A stretch of 24,068 nucleotides of DNA from an uncultured virus (IMG/VR IMGVR_UViG_2061766007_000155). Taxonomy: Duplodnaviria > Heunggongvirae > Uroviricota > Caudoviricetes. Both the position numbers and the translations under genes were made by a program. Below the pieces are notes generated by a model. The model was not told the DNA's origin. It made no database searches and worked only from the letters and a program-made list of their open reading frames with translations. Of this stretch, positions 1-8,314 are shown piece after piece (the stretch's first letter is position 1; every line of letters begins with the position of its first letter). Where the stretch lies: the IMG/VR virus record IMGVR_UViG_2061766007_000155. One strand, given 5' to 3'.

Positions 1-1
1 G

Positions 2-568
2 CTCGAAGACCGGTCTCTCGACACTACGCTCGACCGTATCCAGTTCTGCATCAACATGACGCAGAAGGCGGTAATCCTGCTCGATGAGCTCGACTCCCTC
101 GGCATCCAGAACAAGTGCTCGGAAACCAACCAGCTCATCAACTTCTTCGCCAAGGTGCGCGAGTCCAAGTTCCCGACCATCATCATGTCGACCATCAACG
201 ACCCGCTGAAGGTCCACGAGTCCATCATGGAACGCTCCGGCCGTATCGACGAGACCATCGAGGTCGGCTTCCCGGACGAGGAACTCATGGAGCACCTGGT
301 GCGCAGCTACTGCGGAAGGGAAGGCTACAACATCCCGGACGAAGTGTACAAGAACACCGTGGAGAAGCTGGTCCAGGCGAAAATCTCCGCGGCCGACGTG
401 GAGAACTTCAGCCGTCAGATTTACGTCAAGAACGGCAAGAAGGACGCATACACACAGGAAGACCTGGATGTCGTCATCGACAGCTTCACCGGAAGCCGTA
501 CGGCATCGCGCAAGACCTACTACCAGCGCGACGCGGCAATCCAGGCCAAGAAGTCCGAAATCAGATAG
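2..568 (+). CDS. AAA+ family ATPase, C-terminal part (5' end outside window)
   Basis: Frame is open from base 2. Contains Walker B VILLDELD, sensor-1-like IIMSTIN and arginine-finger ERSGRID, followed by a helical lid region. Walker A is not in the window. Confidence 0.85.
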   Translation, partial: LEDRSLDTTLDRIQFCINMTQKAVILLDELDSLGIQNKCSETNQLINFFAKVRESKFPTIIMSTINDPLKVHESIMERSGRIDETIEVGFPDEELMEHLVRSYCGREGYNIPDEVYKNTVEKLVQAKISAADVENFSRQIYVKNGKKDAYTQEDLDVVIDSFTGSRTASRKTYYQRDAAIQAKKSEIR

Positions 569-589
569 GTTTACAGGCTACGACAAGGG

Positions 590-616
590 AAGGCCGGCAG
601 CGATGCCGGCCTTTTT
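590..616. terminator. Rho-independent terminator between the convergent AAA ATPase and DUF4422 genes
   Basis: Stem-loop AAGGCCGGCA-GCGA-TGCCGGCCTT running into a T-tract, about 20 nt after the ATPase stop. A strain-variant copy is at about 867-894. Confidence 0.85.
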
Positions 617-730
617 CGTCTAAATCATGTGCATCTGCCCGGGAACTATTTTCAGCTTGTTCCATAGNNNNNNNNNNGTTTCTCCGTTTCTTTTCGGCAC
701 AAAATTACTTCATTTCGCATGAAGGGGCTA

Positions 731-738
731 TATAAACT
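731..738 (+). promoter_or_regulatory. TATAAACT candidate late promoter (variant copy of 1724-1731)
   Basis: Contig 678-820 is a SNP variant of about 1671-1813. The motif is unchanged although flanking bases differ. Confidence 0.55.
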
Positions 739-896
739 GCTCTAGACAATCCAGGAGATTGACGATGCCTAGACGCAACTTGATGAGGAGACAGGACGTA
801 TTCACCGAACCGGGCGAAATNNNNNNNNNNGCCGAAATCAGATAGGCTTACAGGCTACGACAAGGGAAGGCCGGCAGCGATGCCGGCCTTTTTTGT

Positions 897-1526
897 CTAA
901 ATCATGTGCATCTGCCCGGGAACTATTTTCAGCTTGTTCCATAGGCACCACGCGCCGAGCGTGTGTTCGGCAAGGTAGCCGTCGATGCGCTTGTTGAACA
1001 TGTTCAGCGAGAACACCTTGTCGTACAGGGAGAGCATCGGGAACAGCCAGGAACACCAGGCGTCCAGGATTTCCCGGCGGGTAACCAGCATGTTGCAGAT
1101 GTACACCCGGTTGCTGTTCAGGTACTCCGTGAATACCGGCATGAACTCCGGGTATGCCTTTTCCAGGCACAGCAGCCACTTCTCGAGGTCAGGGAGCTTC
1201 TGCGCCCCGACGAACCACTGGTAGGTGGTATGGTTCCTCGGATGGTGGTGCTCTATCAGCATTATGTCGCTGTCTTTCAGCGTTTCCACGGCATCCTCCC
1301 GGGATAGCGTGCGGTTTCCCCGGTAGAAATACCGGCGGTAGTGCTCCAGGCCGGCGATGTCGTCGGTGTCGTGCTTCCACATGTAGTACAGCCCGGTGAG
1401 CTCGCAATAGTACGGGTTGAGGCGGTCTATGTTGTCGCCCTCGTGCTTCTGGTCCACCAGGAACTTGACACGGAAATCCCCCATCGGGAGGAACTGGTTC
1501 CTTGTTGCGCCTACGGTATAAATCAT
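897..1526 (-). CDS. DUF4422-domain glycosyltransferase (GT111 / WbbM N-terminal-like), 209 aa
   Basis: Motifs GDNIDRLNPYYCELTGLYYMWKH, GLEHYRRYF, CNMLVTRREILDAWCSWLFPML and RIDGYLAEH. If contig 678 is abutted to position 1527, a GGAG RBS sits 5 nt before the ATG at 1526. Confidence 0.85.
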   Translation of the reverse strand: MIYTVGATRNQFLPMGDFRVKFLVDQKHEGDNIDRLNPYYCELTGLYYMWKHDTDDIAGLEHYRRYFYRGNRTLSREDAVETLKDSDIMLIEHHHPRNHTTYQWFVGAQKLPDLEKWLLCLEKAYPEFMPVFTEYLNSNRVYICNMLVTRREILDAWCSWLFPMLSLYDKVFSLNMFNKRIDGYLAEHTLGAWCLWNKLKIVPGQMHMI

Positions 1527-1723
1527 CNNNNNNNNNNCGTCGAGGACCACGGATACAATGTCGATGGGGACCCGTACGGCGAGTTCAAGAAGGGATATGC
1601 CGGGCCAGCTCCGGAAACCGGGGAGAGCATGTACCCGGAACTTGCCGCGCAGAACGCGGCNNNNNNNNNNTTCGCTCCGTTTCTTTCCGGCACAAAATTA
1701 CTTCATTTCGCGTGACGGGGGTG

Positions 1724-1731
1724 TATAAACT
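1724..1731 (+). promoter_or_regulatory. TATAAACT candidate phage late promoter
   Basis: 26 nt upstream of the ATG at 1758. The same 8-mer occurs at similar spacing before 10981, 11080 and 20339. Confidence 0.65.
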
Positions 1732-1757
1732 GCTCTTGACAATCCAGGAGATTGACG

Positions 1758-2411
1758 ATGCCAAGACGCAACTTGATGAGGAGACAGGACGTATTCACCG
1801 AACCGGGCGAAATGCATGACGACGACAACCCGCTGAACGGCGTGCTCGCCGTACTTGACCAGTGCCATTCCGGCATCGTCCCGTCCGAACGGCAGTTCCA
1901 CGACGCGATAGGCACCCTCCTGGGCATGATTGGCGAGGAGAAGCGCCGCCGCAGGGCAAGCACGCTGCCGCCGCAACAGCCGGTCGACGTGCAGTACCCG
2001 AGGGCCGGCCGCGCAATCGGCCGGGAAACCCCCGCCGGACTGCCCGCAACAGAGGCACCCACGGTTGCCGCAGAACGCGGAATGACCCAGATAATGGACG
2101 CCATGAACGTCCCGGAAGAGGCACGCGCTCTCGCCCCGCAGATTCTCAACAACGTGGTCGCCAACAACGACGGCACGTACAGCTCCGCCGACGGCAGCTT
2201 CAATATCGGCAACCGCGAGCAGCTGATGTACATGATTCAGCGCACGATGCAGGAAATCGGCGAGGAGATGGCCAGGTGCGGCGGCCAGGCCGTGGCCGAC
2301 GTCGGTCCCGACCTCAGGACAAGGCTCACCACCAGGGGAGCCGACGGCAGGCGCAGGCTAATCACGGTAAATCCGGTAGACCCGGGGGAACAGGCAATAA
2401 ATGGCAGATGA
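1758..2411 (+). CDS. Hypothetical protein, 217 aa
   Basis: AGGAG RBS at 1746-1750, ATG at 1758, upstream TATAAACT, GC-rich third codon positions. No recognisable domain. Confidence 0.7.
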   Translation: MPRRNLMRRQDVFTEPGEMHDDDNPLNGVLAVLDQCHSGIVPSERQFHDAIGTLLGMIGEEKRRRRASTLPPQQPVDVQYPRAGRAIGRETPAGLPATEAPTVAAERGMTQIMDAMNVPEEARALAPQILNNVVANNDGTYSSADGSFNIGNREQLMYMIQRTMQEIGEEMARCGGQAVADVGPDLRTRLTTRGADGRRRLITVNPVDPGEQAINGR

Positions 2412-2814
2412 TTGCGGTGAAATAGGCGGCCTGGTGATGGTCGACGGTCCGGGCTGGGATTCCAGCCCGCTAGAGGGGGAACCTGCAATTTCCCGGTTCA
2501 ACCGCATGGCCATGGACAACCCGATATATGGGCACAACGACATACTCGATACTATGAGTAAGTTCGACAATTCCAAGTTTTACACGATTCAAGATGACGA
2601 GCCCGAACTCGACGAGTTCGTCCAGACCCTGTGGCTCGACGGTGTCGAGGACCACGGCTACAATGTCGACGGTGACCCGTACGGCGAGTTCAAGAAGGGA
2701 TATGCCGGGCCTGCCCCGGAAACCGGGGAGAGCATGTACCCGGAACTTGCCGCGCAGAACGCGGCGGAGTTCATCTCGCAGTTCGGGAAGATTTTTGCCG
2801 GCAATAACAATTAA
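2401..2814 (+). CDS. Hypothetical acidic protein, 137 aa
   Basis: Overlaps the previous gene by 11 nt. The variant copy at 1538-1660 encodes the same peptide (VEDHGYNVDGDPYGEFKKGYAGPAPETG) despite nucleotide differences, which supports this frame. Confidence 0.75.
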   Translation: MADDCGEIGGLVMVDGPGWDSSPLEGEPAISRFNRMAMDNPIYGHNDILDTMSKFDNSKFYTIQDDEPELDEFVQTLWLDGVEDHGYNVDGDPYGEFKKGYAGPAPETGESMYPELAAQNAAEFISQFGKIFAGNNN

Positions 2815-4450
2815 TCATCACCGCGTTTAACGGCTCGTGGCTTCCATGTGCCCTGTTCCCTGTCTATTGTAGTTCCATCCAGGGAGATTGCTTCTTTGCG
2901 GCCATCCAGATAGACCAGGACTACGACTTCCTTTTCATCCTTATATTCACTGCGTGACATCTTGTCGTATTCACGACGTGATATCTTGAAGAACGGGTAA
3001 CTTGCACGGAAGTTTTTCGGCCTTAATACATCGTATATATCGTCGTATTCCTTGACGACCTTACCGTCAATCGGGTCAATGATGAAGAACGCACCTCTAT
3101 TTATTTGTGACAGCGTGAATACTCCGATTGTCGGCATAGTATGGCACGTAAACATATCGGCAGACCATTTCTCTATTTTACCTGTCTGGCTTTNNNNNNN
3201 NNNTTTACCGTCAATCGGGTCAATGATGAAGAACGCGCCTCTATTTATTTGTGACAGTGTGAATACCCCGATTGTCGGTATAGTATTGCACGTAAACATA
3301 TCGGCAGACCATTTCTCTATTTTACCTGTCTGGCTTTTCCTTGGATACTGAGGGTCGTACATGTTAGCGAGAACGTCGCCGTAGTTTACCAGCTTGTCCT
3401 GCGTTACCAGGTATACCTGGGAATCTTTCGCGAACATGTTCCCTGCAGTCGTATCGATGTAGCCGTCACCGGAATCTGGAACGAAATCCATTGTCGTGGT
3501 GTCGAATAGGTATGTGCCTTCCCAGTCAACATGCATGGACAGCACAATGCCGTGTATGAGTTTCTGGTACGGGTAGTTGTATATGTCCGGGTCGGATTCG
3601 TCACTGATGACGTCTTCCACGTAGCAATCGCCATCCATCTCGCCATCGTCTCCCAGGTATTTCACCTTACCAGTTGTCGCTGAGTACACGACCCTGTACT
3701 GCTCGTCCTCGTCCTCATCCTCGTCGTCGCCATCAAGGCAATACGGGTTGTAGCTTCCGGTAATCGTCCCGTTGCCCCAATCACGGTATTCCGTCAGCGG
3801 ATACTTCAATACTGGGTTACCGGACCCGTCAACCGGCACGTACAGGAGCTTTTCGCCTAGGACGAGTTCCCACATTCGCAAGCCGTAGGAATCAAAATAG
3901 GTCAACTGATGGGCGTAATGGTCGTCATCCCAGGCGTCCTTGTTCCGTATGAAGTCTATCGCCTTCGAGATGATGCTGCGGGCATGCTCCTCAAGTTCCT
4001 CCTTGGTATACGGTGGGCATACGTCGGACAGCTTCCGTACATTCAGTACCTTGCAGAGTTGCTCCTCGTCCATTACAAGGTCGCTCCCGCCATGCATGTG
4101 GTTCCACCTGCTGCAGCAGGTGTCGAGCGAGCCGTCGGGGNNNNNNNNNNCATCGCCTTTGAGATGATGCTGCGTGCATGCTCCTCAAGTTCCTCCTTGG
4201 TATACGGTGGACACACATCGGACAGCTTCCGTACATTCAGTACCTTGCAGAGCTGCTCCTCGTCCATCACCAGGTCGCTCCCGTCATGCATGTGGTTCCA
4301 CCTGCTGCAGCAGGTGTCGAGCGAGCCGTCGGGGTTTATGGACACGCCGAGCATCGATAGTCCGTACTCGTCAAGCGGGCAGTTCTCCCCGGGAGTTCCC
4401 GGTATGTCCTCGAACCCCGGCCTGGTGCAGATGTACATCTTTACCGTGTT
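2811..4450 (-). CDS. C-terminal part of a large hypothetical phage protein (joins 7139-7819; 660 aa reconstructed)
   Basis: Joining 7819-7139, 4450-4335, 4140-3338 and 3193-2811 gives 1983 nt in frame. The junction reads ...WNHYMKG|NTVKMYICTRPG... Contains YGLSMLGVSINPDGSLDTCCSRWNH and an acidic run (DGDDEDEDEDE). Confidence 0.75.
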
Positions 4451-4582
4451 NNNNNNNNNNGGCTCCGGGCGCTATATTATCTAGCTTCGTTTTAAGCGTA
4501 TTGGTAAAGTTGTTATCGGTATGAACATAATTCGAANNNNNNNNNNGGTATCCGGGCGGCCCCTCATTTTTACGGAGATACA

Positions 4583-4693
4583 ATGGAAGACGAGGAAGTA
4601 ATCGACATATGGCGGGCCATACTCATGGCGTACCTGGTGGACGGGAAGGAGGACCCGGTCGACGGAATGTTCATGGACGACTGGGAAGATTAG
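4583..4693 (+). CDS. Small acidic hypothetical protein, 36 aa (MEDEEVIDIWRAILMAYLVDGKEDPVDGMFMDDWED)
   Basis: GGAG RBS 5 nt before the ATG, GC-rich third positions. Below the length cutoff of the ORF track. Confidence 0.45.
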   Translation: MEDEEVIDIWRAILMAYLVDGKEDPVDGMFMDDWED

Positions 4694-4831
4694 CCATCTT
4701 GGCCTCCTTGATTAATGAACCACACCATGTGATTCGTTATCAAGGGAGTTCTATGACCCCGAACCGCTGTGGTACGACGACTACGACGACTGAATACGTA
4801 AATTTTAATTATCCGCTATCTTCATAATTTA

Positions 4832-6959
4832 TTATGGATAGTAATCACATGGCCCTGATATAGCAGTAACTTGGATAAGATATTTAACCTCGCTAGACGC
4901 CGTGTTGTTTATTGATATATTAAATGACCCACCATATGTCGACCAAGCATAGATAACTGGTATAGTTGCAGAATAACTATACAATTCCAATGCTGTATCA
5001 GATTCACCACCAAATCGAAGTAATGTTTTGAATCCAGATTCACCACTAGCATGACCAACTACCGACATAATACATTTCTTACCGGGCGACAATGATGTAA
5101 TGGTTATTGAAATTAAACCGTTTCTATCAGCTTTTCTAGCGATAGGTTGTAAATCATATGTTCCGGTAGCATTACCGGCAACAGTCAATGTAGTACTCAT
5201 TATACTAGTGTTTCCGTTTGAATACGTAGTGTCAGTTTTTAGTCTAACATGTGCAGTACTAACAAAGGATTGCTTTAAATATATATCGTCAAGATTATCA
5301 ATTTGGCCATCAATATATGCCTTTGATGGGAACATAACTATTGAACCTAAGTCTGAATCGCCGGCCTGTTTGGTTCGTGCTACCGCGTCAGTACATTTCC
5401 TGGGGTTTGTAGTTACCATAAGCATGCAGTCATTGGCAGCCACACCAATATAAGAACTTGCGCTATCGCTGGTCAGTGTATGTAGCTCTTCAGCTTTATT
5501 GACATTAATGAGGTCTATTTCGCCTTTAACACAAGATGCGAGTAGTTGATGCGAGGGGCTAGTAGATGATGCATTAATTATTCGCATCGCTAGCGTACCG
5601 ACGGTCAAATTACCTAGGTTATTATCATCATATGAATGATTCGTATTGCCATACAGCGTCACTCGGTCTATTGGAACTTCTTGTGAGCCCGGTGTGCCAC
5701 TCAAAGTTCCATCATATACCGAATGTAAGGCTGTTGATAGTTGTCGTATTGATGATGATGCGTTTGGTGTTGCCTGCCCCGGAATCGTGTCTGCTTGTGA
5801 TGCCCAAAATTTACCAATATAGTTGCTTCCTTTCGCTTTCACATTAATGAAATGTGATTGGACTGATTCTTCATTAATATGGGTGGCACTAAGAGTACTA
5901 TTGGGGGTAGAGGAAATGTCGGTCTTTACCAGGTCGAGGTATTGGTTATTCTGGTTGCCTATACCAAACTGGATGGTATACCGGGTACCCGCCGAATCAA
6001 CCTGCTTGAATACCCCATCAACTACCTGGCCGCTGCCGGTGCACATAATTTCGTTTGTGTTGGAATCGATTGCTATTCCAGAACCGGCAGTAAGCCTGCC
6101 TTGCAGCGGCACTACCTCCGTCGTAATAGTGCCGTTAGTAATCAGTTTCCTGATTATTCTGTTCTGGAAGGTATCGTTGCCCTCAAATACATAAGTAATT
6201 GGTTGACTGCCGTAACCACCTACCCTGCGTTTAAATATGTAATAATATTGGCGACCATATTCGCCGGCGCTCAACAGCATTGGTGTTTTACCGCTTTCCA
6301 TGTCGTCGGACACGTCATTATATATTGTACTGTCCGCTTGCGTGCCGTTGCTTTCCCTATACGCGATTTCGCGAACGCTGATATTTGCATTTATGGTATC
6401 CCATTGCATCACGCCGCCGGAGTTGGTGACGAGTTGTCTGTTTGGCGATGGCGGGGGAACTAGATATTTATAGGATGATTCGGTATTGAATTTGATACGC
6501 TCATTTCCGTTATAAAGCTTTTCAACATATATCTTAGTCAAGTCCTCTGCATAGCTAGTTTGTTCATCCTCATACTCCTCGTAGGTACCCATGTCCAAGT
6601 CGTCCCACTCCGGTACACCACCGGTACCGCTGCGGAGATATTTATTGGCGCTGCTTGCAGGTGTAACTAGATAACCAGGTGTATAAGTCGTATCTTCGGT
6701 ACTGGTGACACTTACTGCCGCCGGTGTACCGGCAAAGCCAGAATTATCAATGGTAAGATTCTTGAATTGTTTGGTGCCGCCCACCAGCAACTTGATTTGG
6801 CCTTCGATGACGACAGGCTTGTTAAGAATGAACGCATCGGAACTCGAGTTAGTCTCGTTCCAGTTAGACTGTACGTTAACTTCAGCTCCGCTCTCTATAC
6901 TATCTAGCCTCGTTTTAAGCGTATTGGTAAAGTTGTTATCGGTATGAACATAATTCGAA
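4832..6959 (-). CDS. Long tail/head fibre protein, C-terminal variant A (5' part shared with 10260-10981; 949 aa reconstructed)
   Basis: Fibre shaft motifs SNYVHTDNNFT..KTRLDSIESGAEVNVQSNWNET..SDAFILNKP and QGRLTAGSGIAI. Joining 10981-10260 to 6959-4832 gives 2850 nt in frame (LVHD|SNYVHTDNN). Confidence 0.75.
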
Positions 6960-7003
6960 NNNNNNNNNNNNNNNNNNNNNNNNNNNNNNNNNNNNNNNNN
7001 NNN

Positions 7004-7128
7004 AGCCGCTGTACCGATTTTTCCGTCCGTTGTGATTGCCCCATGACCGTGGTCGCCGGCTGCCGCCGTCGTACTGGTCGTTCCCAGGGAAGGCATGGTG
7101 ATTGTCCGCTCGGTAACCGCGGAGACAT
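7004..7128 (-). repeat. SNP-variant duplicate of the fibre 5' region (about 10332-10455)
   Basis: Near-identical sequence encoding TTSTTAAAGDHGHGAITTDG versus TSSTTAAAGDHGHGAITKDG. Flanked by N gaps. Confidence 0.85.
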
Positions 7129-7138
7129 NNNNNNNNNN

Positions 7139-7819
7139 TCCCTTCATGTAGTGGTTCCACATCCTACGGCTTGCGGTAAGGCACCAGACCTGTGTGGACT
7201 CGGTGAACCTGGCATATTTCCGTGCTGTCTCGAAGTCCGGAATCCAGGTGACGTTATAACGGCACCCGGTGCCATCGGCCTCGTCGTTGACTATTGCCGT
7301 TTCCGAAGTACCGTGTCCGAACCTGGAAGACAGTTCGTCGAAGGTCATTCCGTTCAGGTCGAAATCGTAGTCGTCGGCATGCGATTCGGTAATGTTCCTG
7401 ACTATGCTGGAAAGGGTTTTTACCTTTGTGCGTTCCGGCATCTTCCTGTCACTCCTCCAGTCCAGGAGGTCTTCCGGCCAGATGCCGAGTTCCGTGTAGG
7501 CTATACGGGCGACTCCCGGCTCGAACTTGGGGTTGCTCCTGCCTCCGTCGTGGAAGAATATGTTCCTGATGTTGTATTCCAGGCATTCGGCGAATGACAT
7601 TCCCCGGGAATTTTCGGTAGTGAACATCCGGTTCCCCTGGCCGTCCACGGCGGGAGAATCCCACCCTCCCGGGGGTTCCGGGAGGAACTGCCTGAGATTG
7701 CGGCGGGTCTTCTGCGGAGGGGTGAGGCCCTCGAACAGGGCGGAATACGCCTCGTTGATTGACTTCCTCATTATAGAGGAGGATACGGACTCGTATACTA
7801 TCCTAGAAACACTTTTCAT
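7139..7819 (-). CDS. N-terminal part of the reconstructed 660-aa hypothetical protein (possible virion internal protein)
   Basis: The ATG overlaps the upstream stop (TGATG at 7821-7817). N-terminus is rich in xxE motifs (VYE, INE, LFE); contains WCLTASRRMWNHY. Confidence 0.75.
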
Positions 7820-8178
7820 CAGAAATTCTGCCCGCAGTCCGAGTTGTTGAACCATAGGTTAGGCGCGTCCATCCCCTCGGAGTTGGAGATGTCGCCGCGG
7901 ATGTCGTGGGTGTCCATGAACCTGGGACCGTTACCCTTGAAGCCGTAGCCGTCGAACACGTATCCGTGCGGTATGATGCCCGGCATCCCGTTGCGGAAAT
8001 GCACGAGGTCGAACTTTCCGTCCCGGGTGAACCGCCAGTCGCGTACCTTTACCGGACCTCTCAGGGGAGGCATGTCGGGAAGGGTCGGGATAGACGGGGG
8101 TACCGGGGGCATCCCGCAGGGAGGCCGGAAGTACCCGGGAGGGCCGAACATTTTCGATGGCTTGGACATATCGGGCAT
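7819..8178 (-). CDS. Proline-rich hypothetical protein, about 119 aa
   Basis: AAGGAG lies just upstream (the true start may be the Met at 8169). Translationally coupled to the next gene. CATAAACT motif at 8231-8238. Confidence 0.65.
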   Translation of the reverse strand: MPDMSKPSKMFGPPGYFRPPCGMPPVPPSIPTLPDMPPLRGPVKVRDWRFTRDGKFDLVHFRNGMPGIIPHGYVFDGYGFKGNGPRFMDTHDIRGDISNSEGMDAPNLWFNNSDCGQNF

Positions 8179-8230
8179 GCTCCTTCATATTTGGCACAAG
8201 CCAAGTAATCAAAACATTTAACTAAAGAAC

Positions 8231-8238
8231 AGTTTATG
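8231..8238 (-). promoter_or_regulatory. CATAAACT, one-mismatch version of the candidate late promoter
   Basis: Intergenic, downstream of the fibre terminator, 52 nt before the 8178 start. Confidence 0.4.
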
Positions 8239-8272
8239 CTTTCTTCGCCTGACTGTACTACTCGGTTGATAC

Positions 8273-8298
8273 AAAAAGAGCGGCATAGCCGCTCCTTT
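8273..8298 (-). terminator. Rho-independent terminator after fibre variant B
   Basis: Minus strand reads GAGCGGC-TAT-GCCGCTC-TTTTT, about 20 nt after the stop at 8315. Confidence 0.85.
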
Positions 8299-8314
8299 AT
8301 GTAAAGCCAGTCCG

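Noticed and set aside
115..2488. Numerous overlapping alternative-frame and antisense ORFs (e.g. 115-735, 1703-2233, 1862-2425)
   Set aside because: Shadow ORFs of GC-rich genes; Arg/Pro-rich, without RBS or motifs.
3060..3337. Apparent internal tandem repeat in the 2811 ORF (similar cases at 3950-4334 and 22612-23054)
   Set aside because: Strain-variant contig overlaps ending in exact 50-nt matches at N spacers; not real repeats.
4832..7855. 1007-aa ORF in the track
   Set aside because: Chimera across N gaps: the N-terminus of the 660-aa hypothetical protein, a variant fragment and fibre A.
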